A stretch of 64,000 nucleotides of DNA. Origin: an uncultured delta proteobacterium (GTDB taxonomy: Bacteria; Myxococcota_A; Polyangia; Palsa-1104). The stretch is taken from assembly GCA_963785725.1 (NCBI GenBank), contig CAWAWS010000017.1, positions 64,001 through 128,000 of the forward strand, in the 5' to 3' direction. The position numbers and the translations under genes are program-made. Positions within the stretch are counted from its first letter, which is position 1, and every line of letters starts with the position of its first letter. This document shows, in pieces, positions 34,927 to 47,859 of this stretch. Under the pieces are notes generated by a model. The model saw only the letters and a list, made by a program, of their open reading frames with translations. It had not been told where the DNA came from and ran no database searches.

Positions 34927-36615
34927 ATGCAAAGAACCGGCGCGCAGATCGTGTGGGAGACGCTGACTCGGCTCGGCGTCGAGGTGGTCTTTGGCTATCC
35001 CGGCGGCGCGATCATGCCGGTATACGATGCGATGCTCGGCTATCGCATCCATCACGTGCTCGTCAGGCACGAGCAGGGCGCGGCGCACATGGCCGACGGC
35101 TACGCGCGCGCTTCGGGCAAGGTCGGCGTCGCGCTGGCGACGTCGGGGCCGGGCGCGACCAACCTCGTGACCGGGATCGCGACGGCGATGCTCGATTCGT
35201 CGCCGGTCGTGTTCATCACCGGGCAGGTGCCGTCGCATCTGCTCGGCTCGGACGCGTTTCAGGAGACCGACATCACCGGCGTCACGCTGCCGATCACCAA
35301 GCACAACTTCTTGGTGACGAACGTCGAGGACATCGCGTCGACGTTACGCGAAGCGTTTGCGATCGCGCGCTCGGGTCGGCCGGGGCCGGTGCTCGTCGAC
35401 ATCACCAAGGACGCGCAGCAGGCGTCGGCGATCTTCGACGAGGACGCGGCCGAGCCGGCGGCGCAGCGCGAGCCCACGCAGACGCTGTCGACCGAGCTGA
35501 AGCACGCGCTGGCGCTGCTCAACGAAGCCGAGCGGCCGGTGATCTTGTGCGGGCAAGGCGTCATCTTCGGGCGGGCGTCGGACGAGCTGCGACGGCTGGC
35601 GGAGAAGGCGGACATTCCGGTGGCGGCGACGCTGCTCGGCCTGGGCGCCTTTCCGGCGTCGCATCCGCTGGCGCTCGGCATGATGGGCATGCACGGCCAG
35701 GCGTGGGTCAATCGCGCCATTCAAGAGGCCGATCTGCTGCTCGCGCTCGGCATGCGCTTCGACGACCGCGTCACCGGCGATCCCAAGAAGTTCGCGCCCA
35801 ACGCCCGCAAGATCCATTGCGAGATCGACGCCGCCGAGATCAACAAGATCATCCGCGTCGACGTGGCCATCGTCGGCGACGTGAAGCCCACGTTGACGGC
35901 GCTCGCCGACGGCGTCGACGCGCGCAGCCGCGGCGGTTGGCGCGAGCGCGTGGCGCACTTGAAGACCGACGGGCACGAGTCCGATCCGAAGGGCTCGCAG
36001 CACGAAGGGCCGTTGACGGCGCCCGAGGTCATCGACGCGCTGTGGCGGCTGACGAACGGGCGCGCGCTGGTCGTGACCGACGTCGGGCAGCATCAAATGT
36101 GGGAAGCGCAGCACTATCACCACGAGGAGCCGCGCTCTCTCGTGACGTCGGGCGGCCTCGGCACGATGGGCTTCGCGCTGCCGGCGGCCATCGGGTCGAA
36201 GTTCGCGCGGCCCGACGCCGAAGTGTGGGTCATCGCCGGCGACGGCGGCTTCCAGATGACGGCGTGCGAGCTGTCGACGATCGCGCAGGAGGGCCTCAAG
36301 CTCAACATCGCCATCATCAACAACGGCTACTTGGGGATGGTGCGGCAGTGGCAGCAGCTGTTCTACGACAAGCGCTACTCGTCGACGCCGATCAAGAGCC
36401 CCGACTTCGTGAAGCTGGCCGAGGCGCATGACCTCGTCGGCTTGCGCGTCGAGCGGCGTGAGGACATCGCCGAGGTCGTCGGCCGTGCGCGGGCGGCGAA
36501 GGAGACCTGCGTCATCGACTTCCGCGTCGCCGCCGAGGAGTGCGTCTATCCGATGGTGCCGTCGGGCGGCGACATCGGCGACATGATCCGCCGCCCGCCG
36601 AAGGAGGCCGCGTAG
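34927..36615 (+). CDS. ilvB: Acetolactate synthase large subunit
   Basis: FGYPGGAIMP, RHEQGA, TSGPGATN, RFDDRVTG, SGGLGTMG, GDGGFQM...NNGYLGMVRQWQ. Confidence 0.97.
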   Translation: MQRTGAQIVWETLTRLGVEVVFGYPGGAIMPVYDAMLGYRIHHVLVRHEQGAAHMADGYARASGKVGVALATSGPGATNLVTGIATAMLDSSPVVFITGQVPSHLLGSDAFQETDITGVTLPITKHNFLVTNVEDIASTLREAFAIARSGRPGPVLVDITKDAQQASAIFDEDAAEPAAQREPTQTLSTELKHALALLNEAERPVILCGQGVIFGRASDELRRLAEKADIPVAATLLGLGAFPASHPLALGMMGMHGQAWVNRAIQEADLLLALGMRFDDRVTGDPKKFAPNARKIHCEIDAAEINKIIRVDVAIVGDVKPTLTALADGVDARSRGGWRERVAHLKTDGHESDPKGSQHEGPLTAPEVIDALWRLTNGRALVVTDVGQHQMWEAQHYHHEEPRSLVTSGGLGTMGFALPAAIGSKFARPDAEVWVIAGDGGFQMTACELSTIAQEGLKLNIAIINNGYLGMVRQWQQLFYDKRYSSTPIKSPDFVKLAEAHDLVGLRVERREDIAEVVGRARAAKETCVIDFRVAAEECVYPMVPSGGDIGDMIRRPPKEAA

Positions 36616-36893
36616 TGGAAGCTCCACCGTTACCGCTGCGAACGTTCGTGCTCTACGTCGAGGACAAGCCGGGCGTGCTCGACCGCGTGGCGTCGCTGTT
36701 TCGGCGGCGCGCGTTCAACATCGAATCCTTGCATGTCGCGCGGACCGATCGCGCCGGCGTGTCGCGCATGGTGGTCGAAGTGCGCGCCGACGACGACGGT
36801 GGCACGCGGCTGCAGGCGCACCTTCACAAGCTCATCAACGTGCTCTCGGTCAGAGACGTCACCCTGGGAAGCGAGGAATATCGAAATGGCTAA
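36615..36893 (+). CDS. ilvN: Acetolactate synthase small subunit (short, ACT domain only)
   Basis: [25 protein letters not shown]...[10 protein letters not shown]. Confidence 0.9.
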   Translation: MEAPPLPLRTFVLYVEDKPGVLDRVASLFRRRAFNIESLHVARTDRAGVSRMVVEVRADDDGGTRLQAHLHKLINVLSVRDVTLGSEEYRNG

Positions 36894-37899
36894 CATCTTC
36901 TACGACAAAGACGCGAACCTCGATCTCATCAAGGCCAAGAAGGTGGCCGTCATCGGCTACGGCTCGCAAGGGCACGCGCACGCGATGAACTTGCGCGACT
37001 CGGGCGTCGACGTGCGCATCGGCTTGCACGAGAAGTCGAAGTCGCGCGCCAAGGCGGAAGCGGCGGGCTTCGTCGTCGAGCGGCCGCGCGCCGCGGCGGA
37101 GTGGGCCGACGTCATCGTCATCCTCGCGCCCGACACGACGCAGCCGAAGATTTGGGCCGAGGAGATCGCGCCCGCGCTCAAGTCGAAGGACACCGTCGTC
37201 TTCGCGCACGGCTTCAACATTCGCTACAACACGATCTCGCCGCCGCGCGACATCGACGTCATCCTGATCGCGCCCAAAGGTCCGGGCCATCGCGTGCGCG
37301 AGACCTATGCCGAAGGCGGCGGCGTTCCGGCGCTGTTCGCGGTGCACCAAGACGCGTCGGGCGGCGCCGAGGCGCTGGCGCTGTCGTACGCCAAAGGCAT
37401 CGGCGCCACGCGCGCCGGCGCGCTGGCGACGACGTTCACCGAGGAGACCGAGACCGATCTCTTCGGCGAGCAGGCGGTCTTGTGCGGCGGCGTCTCGGCG
37501 TTGGTGCGGGCGGGCTTCGAGACGCTGGTCGAGGCCGGCTATCAGCCCGAGATCGCCTACTTCGAGTGCATGCACGAGCTCAAGCTCATCGTCGACCTCA
37601 TGTATCGCGGCGGCCTCAACTACATGCGCTACTCGGTCTCGGACACGGCGGAGTGGGGCGACTACACGGCCGGGCCGCGCATCGTCGACGAGCACACGCG
37701 CGGCGTCATGAAGCAGCTGTTGGCCGACATTCGCTCGGGCGACTTCGCGAAGAAGTGGGTGGCGGAGAACGAGAGCGGTCGGGCGACGTTCGAGCATCGC
37801 CGGCAGACGGAGCGCGATCAGCCGCTCGAGCTCGTCGGCGCCAAGCTGCGCAAGATGATGCCGTTCATCGACGCCGTCACCATCAAGCCGGGAGACTAA
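36886..37899 (+). CDS. ilvC: Ketol-acid reductoisomerase
   Basis: [47 protein letters not shown]. Confidence 0.98.
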   Translation: MANIFYDKDANLDLIKAKKVAVIGYGSQGHAHAMNLRDSGVDVRIGLHEKSKSRAKAEAAGFVVERPRAAAEWADVIVILAPDTTQPKIWAEEIAPALKSKDTVVFAHGFNIRYNTISPPRDIDVILIAPKGPGHRVRETYAEGGGVPALFAVHQDASGGAEALALSYAKGIGATRAGALATTFTEETETDLFGEQAVLCGGVSALVRAGFETLVEAGYQPEIAYFECMHELKLIVDLMYRGGLNYMRYSVSDTAEWGDYTAGPRIVDEHTRGVMKQLLADIRSGDFAKKWVAENESGRATFEHRRQTERDQPLELVGAKLRKMMPFIDAVTIKPGD

Positions 37900-37959
37900 G
37901 CGAATGGGCAACAACGCCAATAGCGACGGAGTAGTAGCTGGAGCGCCCGGAGCTCGTCG

Positions 37960-39601
37960 ATGAGCTCGTCGAGCTTGGGCGACGCGCACGTACGCATCTT
38001 CGACACCACCTTGCGTGACGGCGAGCAGGCGCCGGGCGCGACCATGACGGCGGCGCAGAAGCTGGAAGTGGCGCGCATGTTGTCGCGCGTCGGCGTCGAC
38101 GTCATCGAGGCCGGCTTTCCGGCGGCGTCGCCGGACGACTTGAACGCCGTGCGCGGCATCGCGTCGCTCGTCGGGCAACAAGCGGCCGAAGGGCGCGCCG
38201 AGCCGCCGATGATCTGCGCCTTGGCGCGCGCGAACGTCGACGACTTGAAGCTGGCGTGGGAAGGCGTACGCACGGCGGCGCGACCGCGGCTGCACACGTT
38301 CTTGGCGACGAGCGAGCTGCACATGAAGCACAAGCTGCGCATGACGCGCGATCAAGTGGTCGAGCGCGTGCGCACGACGGTCGCGTTCGCGCGCACGCTG
38401 TGCGACGACGTCGAGTTCAGCCCCGAAGACGCCGGTCGCAGCGAGCCCGAGTTCTTGTGGCGCGTGCTCGAGGTCGCCATCGCCGCCGGCGCCACGACGG
38501 TCAACATTCCCGACACCGTCGGCTACACGACGCCGGACGAGTTCGGCGCGCTCATCGCCGGCATTCGCACGCACGTCCCCAACATCGAGTCGGCGATCGT
38601 CAGCGTCCACTGCCACGACGATTCTCGGCTTGGCGACGGCGAACACGCTCGCCGGCTTGCGCGCCGGCGCCCGCCAGGCGGAGGTCACCATCAACGGCAT
38701 CGGCGAACGCGCGGGCAACTGCGCGCTCGAAGAGGTCGTGATGGCGCTGCACACGCGCTATTGGCTCTATCGCATGCGCACGAACATCGACACGACGCAG
38801 CTGACGCGCGCCTCCAAGCTGGTGGCGGCGGCGACGGGGTTCGCGGTGCAGCCGAACAAGGCGATCGTCGGCGCCAACGCCTTCGCGCACGAGTCGGGCA
38901 TTCACCAGGACGGCATGTTGAAGCACGCCGAGACCTACGAAATCATGCAGCCGGAGACCGTCGGCGCCGGGCAGACGCAGCTCGTGCTCGGCAAACACTC
39001 GGGCAAACACGCCTTCGCGCGCCGCTTGCACGATCTCGGCTACATCCTCGACGACGCGCAGATCCTGGAAGCGTTCGATCGTTTCAAGCGCCTGGCCGAT
39101 CGCAAGAAGTCGGTGTCGGACGCCGAGCTGGAGGCGCTCGTGCAAAGCGAGCTGCCGGCCGCGGCGTCGCCGGCGCGCCATTGGACGCTCGAAGACTTGC
39201 AGGTCGCCTGCGGCACGATGGGCATGCCGACGGCGTCGGTGCGTCTGCGCGGACCCGATGGTCAACGGCGCGTGCAAGCGGCCGTCGGCACCGGTCCCGT
39301 CGACGCGGCCTATCGCGCCATCGACACGATCGTGCAGCAGCGCTCGCAGCTCATCGACTACTGCGTGCGCAACGTGACCGAGGGCATCGACGCGCTCGCC
39401 GAAGTCAGCGTGCGGCTCACCGGCGCCGGCTCCGGCCCGGTGAACCCGCAGCACGACACCACCGACGGGCCGATTTGGCGCGGCCAAGCCGCCGACAGCG
39501 ACATCATCGTCGCCAGCGTCAAAGCCTACGTCTTGGCGCTCAACCGCATGATCGGCGCCATCAGCGTCGACCGTCCGCCGGTTGTCTTGGAGGCGAACTG
39601 A
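37960..39601 (+). CDS. leuA: 2-isopropylmalate synthase (single extra T near 38622)
   Basis: [57 protein letters not shown]-terminal regulatory domain. Confidence 0.93.
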
Positions 39602-40977
39602 TGGCACGCACCCTGTTCGACAAGCTGTGGGATGCGCACGTGGTCAGCCAAGACGAAGGCTGCCCGGCGGTGCTCTATATCGACCTGCATCTCGTGCACG
39701 AAGTGACGTCGCCGCAAGCGTTCTCGGTCTTGCGCGAGCGCAACATCGGCGTGCGCCGGCCCGACCGCACGGTGGCGACGATGGATCATTCGACGCCGAC
39801 GACGCCGGGCTTGAAGGTCATCGACGGCGAAGCCGCCAAGCAGCTCGACACGCTGACCAAGAACTGCAGCGACTTCGGCGTGCGCTTGTACGGCCTCGAT
39901 TCCGACAAGCGCGGCATCGTGCACGTCATGGGTCCCGAGCTCGGCCTCACGCAGCCGGGCATGACCATCGTCTGCGGCGACAGCCACACCGCGACGCACG
40001 GCGCGTTCGGCGCGCTCGCGTTCGGCATCGGCTCGTCGGAGGTCGCGCACGTGCTGGCGACGCAGTGTCTCCTGCAGCGCAAGCCGAAGACGCTGCAAGT
40101 GCGCGTCGATGGCCATCTGTCGCGCGGCGTGACGGCCAAGGATCTGATCCTCGCCATCATCGCGCAGATCGGCGTCGGCGGCGGCACCGGCGCGGTCCTC
40201 GAATATTCCGGCGACGCCATCCGCGGGCTCGACATGGAAGCGCGCATGACCGTCTGCAACATGTCGATCGAAGCGGGCGCGCGCGCCGGCCTCATCGCGC
40301 CCGACGACACGACGTTCCAATATCTCGCGCGCCGTGAGTTTTCGCCGCAAGGCCAAGCGTGGGAAGACGCCGTGGCGCGCTGGCGGCAGCTGCCCGGCGA
40401 CGAAGGCGCACAGCACGACGCGCACGTCGTCATCGACGGCGGCGCGCTCAAGCCGATGATCACGTGGGGCACGAACCCGGGCCAAGGCATCGCCATCGAC
40501 GCGCCGATTCCCGCGGCCGGCGACGAAGCGACCGACAAAGCGCTGCGCTACATGCAGCTCGACGCCGGCAAGCCGCTGGCTGGGCACAGCATCGACGTCG
40601 TCTTCGTCGGCTCGTGCACCAACGGCCGCATCGCCGATCTGCGGCAGGCGGCGCGCATCCTCGACGGCCGGCAGGTGGCGTCGGGCGTGCGCACGCTGGT
40701 CGTGCCCGGCTCGGTCGCGGTCAAGCGGCAGGCCGAAGCCGAAGGGCTCGACAAGATCTTCACGGCCGCCGGCGCCGAGTGGCGCGAGCCCGGCTGCTCG
40801 ATGTGCATCGCCATGAACGGCGACATGCTGCAGCCCGGCCAATACGCGGTCTCGACGAGCAATCGCAACTTCGAAGGGCGACAAGGGCAGGGCAGCCGCA
40901 CGTTCTTGGCCTCGCCGCTCAGCGCCGCCGCCGCCGCGGTCACCGGCCGCATCACCGACCCGAGGACGCTCCTATGA
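39601..40977 (+). CDS. leuC: 3-isopropylmalate dehydratase large subunit
   Basis: [48 protein letters not shown]. Confidence 0.97.
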   Translation: MARTLFDKLWDAHVVSQDEGCPAVLYIDLHLVHEVTSPQAFSVLRERNIGVRRPDRTVATMDHSTPTTPGLKVIDGEAAKQLDTLTKNCSDFGVRLYGLDSDKRGIVHVMGPELGLTQPGMTIVCGDSHTATHGAFGALAFGIGSSEVAHVLATQCLLQRKPKTLQVRVDGHLSRGVTAKDLILAIIAQIGVGGGTGAVLEYSGDAIRGLDMEARMTVCNMSIEAGARAGLIAPDDTTFQYLARREFSPQGQAWEDAVARWRQLPGDEGAQHDAHVVIDGGALKPMITWGTNPGQGIAIDAPIPAAGDEATDKALRYMQLDAGKPLAGHSIDVVFVGSCTNGRIADLRQAARILDGRQVASGVRTLVVPGSVAVKRQAEAEGLDKIFTAAGAEWREPGCSMCIAMNGDMLQPGQYAVSTSNRNFEGRQGQGSRTFLASPLSAAAAAVTGRITDPRTLL

Positions 40978-41520
40978 CGCCCGTCAAGCACATCGTCTCG
41001 CGCGTCGCGCCGCTGTTCGTCGACGACGTCGATACCGATCAGATCATCCCGGCGCGCTTCCTGAAGACGACGCAAAAGGCCGGCTTGGGCGCGCAGCTGT
41101 TCAACGATTGGCGCGGCAAGCAGTTCCAGCCCGTGAACGGCGCGCGCATCTTGCTCGCGGGCGAGAACTTCGGCTGCGGCTCGTCGCGCGAGCACGCCGT
41201 GTGGGCGCTGACCGACGCCGGCTTTGCCGCCGTCGTCGCCCGCTCGTTCGCCGACATCTTCCGCAACAACGCGCTCAAGAACGGCCTCGTTCCCGTCGCC
41301 GTCGACGACAAGGTGCACGCCTATTTGAAGCAGGCGCGCACCGAGGACGCGAATCTGCAGCTCAGCATCGACGTCGCCGGCGCGCAGTTGACGCTGCCCG
41401 ACGGCGAGGTCGTGTCGTTCCCGCTCGATCCGTTCGCGCGCCGCTGTTTGGTCGACGGCATCGACGAGCTCGATTATCTCGTGCGCCACGAAGCCGATAT
41501 CGCGGCCTTCGAGGCGCGGC

Positions 41521-41528
<8 letters not shown>
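40974..41528 (+). CDS. leuD: 3-isopropylmalate dehydratase small subunit
   Basis: [37 protein letters not shown]. Confidence 0.96.
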
Positions 41529-43106
<1,578 letters not shown>

Positions 43107-43110
<4 letters not shown>

Positions 43111-44204
43111 CGACCCCCAATACACAGTCGACGACCAAGAAGAAGCACGCACGCATCGTCGTCCTCGGCGGCGACGGCATCGGACCCGAAGTCGTCGCCG
43201 CCGGTCGCGCGGTGTTGACGGAAGCGGCGGCGCGCGACGGCATCACGCTCGCGTTCGACGAGCGGCTCATCGGCGGCGCCGCCATCGACGCCACGGGAAC
43301 GGCGCTGCCCGACGACACCTTGAACGCCTGCAGAGCCGCGGATGCCGTCTTGCTCGGCGCCGTCGGCGGACCGAAGTGGGACGACCCGAACGCCAAAGTG
43401 CGGCCCGAGCAGGGCTTGCTCGGCTTGCGACGCGCGCTCGGCCTGTACGCGAACGTGCGGCCGGTGCGTCCGCACGCGGCGCTGGCGTCGGCGTCGCCGC
43501 TCAAGCCCGAGCGTCTCGCCGGCGTCGATCTCGTGTTCGTGCGCGAGCTGACGGGCGGTCTGTACTTCGGTCCGCGGCGGCGCGAGAAGACCGAGGACGG
43601 CGGCGAGCGCGCCATCGACACCCTCGAATACAGCGACGTCGAGATTCGCCGCGTCGTCAGGTTGGCGTTCGGCTTGGCGGCCGGCCGGCGCGGCAAGCTG
43701 ACGTCGATCGACAAAGCCAACGTCCTCGAAACCTCGCGCTTGTGGCGGCAGACGGCGACGGCGGTCGCGGCTGAATTCCCGACGGTGACGCTCGATCATC
43801 AGCTGGTCGATTCGGTGGCGATGCGCCTCGTGTCCGAGCCGGCGCGCTTCGACGTGTGCGTCACCGAGAACATGTTCGGCGACATCCTGACCGACGAGGC
43901 GGCCGTGCTCGCCGGCTCGCTCGGCCTCTTGCCGTCGGCGTCGCTCGGCGACGGCACGAACGGCTTGTACGAGCCGATTCATGGCTCGGCGCCCGACATC
44001 GCCGGCCGCGGCATCGCCAACCCGATCGGCACCATCTTGTCGACGGCGATGCTGCTGCGTCACTCGCTCGGCGCCGACAGCGCCGCTCAGCGCATCGAGC
44101 GCGCCGTCGACCAGGCCATCGCCGGCGGCGCGCGTGGCGCCGACCTCGGCGGCACGATGACGACCGGCGCCATGACCGACGCCATCCTCGCTCGCCTCGA
44201 CTAG
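43107..44204 (+). CDS. leuB: 3-isopropylmalate dehydrogenase
   Basis: [57 protein letters not shown]. Confidence 0.97.
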
Positions 44205-44271
44205 TTGCGTCACAAACTAATTCAGTAATTTCTGAATATCGGCCTTTTCATTTTGTGCGACGCTTCCGCGC

Positions 44272-45678
44272 ATGCGCTCGACGGCCGTCATTTGTCTGCT
44301 CGTCGTCGCCGGCTGCGGCGGCGGTGACCACGCGACTGCGCCTTATCACGCCGCGTTCTCGCCGGTGACCGCCGACGGCGACATGCTGCGCGACGCGCAC
44401 GGCCGCGCCCTCATCCTGCGCGGCGTCAACGCGCGCGTCGACGGCGTCTTCGACGTCAACTTCACCGACGGCCGCGCGCCGCGCGAGGTCGTGCCGCCGC
44501 TCGACGCCACCGATGCCGCGGCCATGAAAGCGGCCGGCTTCACGCTCTTGCGCCTGCCCGTCAACTGGAGCGCCATCGAGCCCATGCCCGGCATGTTCGA
44601 CGCGACCTACTTCGACAAGATCGCCGCCGTCGTCGACACCATGCGCGGCTCGGGCGTCTACGTCCTCATCGACCTGCACGAAGACGGCTACTCCAAAGAA
44701 TTATGCGAAGACGGCGCGCCGTTGTGGGCGATCGATCCGCAGCCGACGATGCTGGTCGGCGGTCCCGGCCCGCTCGACGGCGCCACCGACTGCCACTCGT
44801 CGGGCGCGGCGCTGCAAGCGTTCGGCAACTTCTTCACCGATCAAATGATGCTGCAAGAGAGCTATACGACGATGGCCGGCATGCTCGCGGCGCGCTTCGT
44901 CGGCGACACGCAAGTCCTCGGCTACGAGATCATGAACGAGCCCATCGCCACCGACGCCGAAGTCGACGCCTTCAACAGCAAAGTCGGCGCCGCCCTTCGC
45001 GCCGCCGATCCCGGCCACCTCATCCTCTTCGAGCCGTCGGCGACGCGCAATTTCACCGACAGCGCCGAGATCTCCAACACGCCTTACAGCGTCACCGGCG
45101 GCGTCTACAGCGTCCACGTCTACACCGACGTCTTCGGCAGCGGTCCCGGCCTCACCGACGGCAGCTACGTCGAGAACTTGTTCAACTCCGTCTCCGGCGC
45201 GCGCATCGAAGCGCAAGCCTGGAAGACGCCGCTCGTCATCACCGAGTTCGGCATCGGCGCCGACAACGCCGTCGCCGGCGCCTGGCTCGGCCACTTCCTC
45301 GACGACGCCGACAGCGCCTTGGCCTCGTGGACGTTGTGGCTGTGGAAAGAGGAGTCGCAAGGCTTTTGGGGCCTGTTCACGCTCAACAGCGACGGCAGCT
45401 GGAGCCCGCGGCCGGCCATGTTCGCGTCCGTGTCGCGGCCGTACGCGCAGGCCATCGGCGGCGACCCGACCGGCATGACGTGGGACGGCACGACGTTGAC
45501 CGTCAAGTTCAACGGCCGCGACGACGTCCCCGGCACGCACGATCTCTTCTGGAGCGCCGGCTCGCCGACGCTCGAATGCGACGGCAAAGCCATCGCCGCC
45601 ACCGGCTTCGACATGGCCGGCTCGCGCTACACCGTCAGCTGCGGCGGCAAAGGCGCGCACGTCTTGACCGCGCGTTAG
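44272..45678 (+). CDS. GH5 glycoside hydrolase lipoprotein, endoglycoceramidase-like
   Basis: Lipobox VAGC; RDAHGRALILRGVN, NWSAIEP, IDLHED, GYEIMNEP (acid/base), VITEFG (nucleophile), VSRPYAQA. Confidence 0.85.
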   Translation: MRSTAVICLLVVAGCGGGDHATAPYHAAFSPVTADGDMLRDAHGRALILRGVNARVDGVFDVNFTDGRAPREVVPPLDATDAAAMKAAGFTLLRLPVNWSAIEPMPGMFDATYFDKIAAVVDTMRGSGVYVLIDLHEDGYSKELCEDGAPLWAIDPQPTMLVGGPGPLDGATDCHSSGAALQAFGNFFTDQMMLQESYTTMAGMLAARFVGDTQVLGYEIMNEPIATDAEVDAFNSKVGAALRAADPGHLILFEPSATRNFTDSAEISNTPYSVTGGVYSVHVYTDVFGSGPGLTDGSYVENLFNSVSGARIEAQAWKTPLVITEFGIGADNAVAGAWLGHFLDDADSALASWTLWLWKEESQGFWGLFTLNSDGSWSPRPAMFASVSRPYAQAIGGDPTGMTWDGTTLTVKFNGRDDVPGTHDLFWSAGSPTLECDGKAIAATGFDMAGSRYTVSCGGKGAHVLTAR

Positions 45679-46562
45679 CGGCGACGGCGTAACCAGAGCA
45701 GCGCCAGCGCGGCGACGGCGAGCCCGAGCGGCCACCGACCGCGCGCCGCCGGCCGCGCGACGACGGCGCAGCTCGCCTGCGCGCCCGTCGGCACCGCGGC
45801 GCCCGCCTCTTGAATGAAGAACGACGCCGAGACGACGTCATCGCCGTACGGATCTTGGTCGACGTCCGGCGTGCCATTGCCGCCGTTGCCGTCGACGGCG
45901 CTGACGTAGATCGTGACCGGCCCGCTGCCGGCGTTCGGCGCCGTCCACCACACGTGCCAGCTCGTCGGCCCGTTGCGCAGCTCGAGCCGCGGCGTGTTGG
46001 GATCGACGGGCCGATTGCCGAAGACGGCGTCGCCGGCCGGCGCCACGATCGACTCCTCGCTGCCGTTGGTCGCCGCGCAGTTGCCGCCGGGGTCGGGCGC
46101 CGTCGCGCAAAAGAGCCCGCCCAGCGGCGCGCCGCCGGCGTCGTCGACCTCGAGCGCGAAGTTGTTGTTGTTGCACTGCACGTAGCCGCTGCTCGTCCCC
46201 GGCCCGTCGGTGCAGGTGGCGCCCGTGTACTGCAATCCCTCGGTCTCGTGCTCGAGCTGCACCTCGAGCTCATAGACCTGCCCGGGGATATAGCCGCCGG
46301 CGAAGAGCGCGCTCGGATCGGCGCCGAGGTGCAGGCCGACGCGACCGGGCGCGTCGATGTGGCAGCTGGCGCACGTCTGTGAGGCGAAGCGCGGCGCGCC
46401 CGTGAAGTAGATGCCTTCGGCGGTGGCGCCGTACGTCGCGCTGTCGGGCACGGTCGGGTTGGGGAAGAACTGCGTGGCATCGGCGAACGCGTGCGCCACC
46501 GTCGGCAAGGCCAGCAGCGAGACGCCGGACAGCAGACAAGTAAACAGCTGTTTACAACGCAA
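45675..46562 (-). CDS. Surface protein with CXXCH motif, Reeler-like domain and MYXO-CTERM-like tail
   Basis: Signal peptide (VAHA); FTGAP...TCASCH; GYIPGQVYELEV; SWHVWWTAP...GPVTIYV; C-term ASCAV...hydrophobic helix-LRRRR. Confidence 0.7.
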   Translation of the reverse strand: MRCKQLFTCLLSGVSLLALPTVAHAFADATQFFPNPTVPDSATYGATAEGIYFTGAPRFASQTCASCHIDAPGRVGLHLGADPSALFAGGYIPGQVYELEVQLEHETEGLQYTGATCTDGPGTSSGYVQCNNNNFALEVDDAGGAPLGGLFCATAPDPGGNCAATNGSEESIVAPAGDAVFGNRPVDPNTPRLELRNGPTSWHVWWTAPNAGSGPVTIYVSAVDGNGGNGTPDVDQDPYGDDVVSASFFIQEAGAAVPTGAQASCAVVARPAARGRWPLGLAVAALALLWLRRRR

Positions 46563-47859
46563 AGCCGACCTCCAGTGCGCCGCCGATGAAGTGGTCGGCG
46601 GCCGTGTGCGCGAAGCGCGTGCCGGCGCCGGCGAACGAGAGCGCGACGACGTCGTAGTCGCCTTGCAGCCGCAGCCACAGCCAGCCGGTCAGCCACGACG
46701 TCAGCGACGCCGACGCCGAGAAGCCGGCGGCGCGCGCGGCGCCGTATTGCGCGTCCGAGGTGATGTCGCCGGCGTGGATGACGCCGAGATAGCCGGCGCG
46801 CACGTCCAAGAGCGCCCAGTGGCCGCCGAGCGCGCGCGCCCAGCCGAGACCGGCGGCGACGGCGTCGTAGCGCACGTCGGGCACGCCGACGTCGACGGGC
46901 GCGCTCTGGCTCCAGCTGATGCGCTGCCAGCCGGTGTCGAGGGTGAGCGTGCCGCCGGCGGCCGCGTGGCCGAGCGGAATGCGGCCGACGAAGCGCGCGT
47001 TCCAGCGCGACACCGTGCCGCGTGACTGTCCGCCGCCGGTTTGGGTCGTGAAGCCGAAGATCTGTTCGTACGAGCCGGCGAGCCCGAACGACGCCAACAC
47101 CGGATGCTCGGCGGCGAGCTCGGACGACAGCGCCAGCGGAAATACGGCGCCTTCGACGCGCATGCCGGCGACGGTGCCGCCGGCGTAGGTCGGCGCCGAC
47201 GCGACGTCGAAGCCGAGCCGCCGCGTGAGCAGCGCCGGGCCGACGCCGGCGAATACGCCCGCCGTCGGCGCCGCGCCGGCGGCCGAGCGAGCGATGGCCA
47301 GCGTCGGCGCGCCGGCGACCGCGGGCGCGACGTCTTCGGCCGGCGTCGGCGCGCGGTCGTCGTCGGCCGGCGCCTCGGCAGCGCGCGGCGACGCGGCGGC
47401 TTCGGCGCTGCCGAGGCGCGACAGATGCTCGAGCGCGCGCACCAGCTCGGCGACGACGCGCTCGCGAATCAGCGGCAGCGTGCGCCCGCCGAGCGCGTAG
47501 CGTGCGCGCGCCACGACCTGTCCGCTGGCGCCGGCGCGCACGGCGATGAGCAGGACGCGCTCGCGACCCTGGCCGACGATGGCGCCGCCGATGACCGCGT
47601 CGATGCGCAGCGCGGCGGCGACGGCGTGCACGTCGGCCGGCGACGCGCCGTCGCGACCGAGCCGCGCCGCCGTCGCGCGATAGCGCTCGCCGGGCACGAG
47701 CTCGTACAGCTCGCCCAAATCCTCGGCGAGCGCGCCGGCGAAGCGCGGGCCGTCGGCGCCGCTGACGCCGAGCAGCGTGACCGTCTTGGCCGCCGCGTGC
47801 GTGCGCGTGCCGGCGAATATGACGATAATGAATATGAATGAGCGGCTAATAAATGACAT
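46552..47859 (-). CDS. Secreted protein with periplasmic N-domain, Ala/Pro linker and probable C-terminal beta-barrel
   Basis: Signal peptide; alternating amphipathic strands with aromatics; ends GGALEVGFAL. Confidence 0.6.
   Translation of the reverse strand: MSFISRSFIFIIVIFAGTRTHAAAKTVTLLGVSGADGPRFAGALAEDLGELYELVPGERYRATAARLGRDGASPADVHAVAAALRIDAVIGGAIVGQGRERVLLIAVRAGASGQVVARARYALGGRTLPLIRERVVAELVRALEHLSRLGSAEAAASPRAAEAPADDDRAPTPAEDVAPAVAGAPTLAIARSAAGAAPTAGVFAGVGPALLTRRLGFDVASAPTYAGGTVAGMRVEGAVFPLALSSELAAEHPVLASFGLAGSYEQIFGFTTQTGGGQSRGTVSRWNARFVGRIPLGHAAAGGTLTLDTGWQRISWSQSAPVDVGVPDVRYDAVAAGLGWARALGGHWALLDVRAGYLGVIHAGDITSDAQYGAARAAGFSASASLTSWLTGWLWLRLQGDYDVVALSFAGAGTRFAHTAADHFIGGALEVGFAL

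Noticed and set aside
38610..38635. Programmed frameshift in leuA, or a LeuA-LeuC fusion (1005-aa ORF)
   Set aside because: One extra T in GAT-T-CTC with no slippery heptamer. The long ORF is an artefact of the shifted frame running into leuC.
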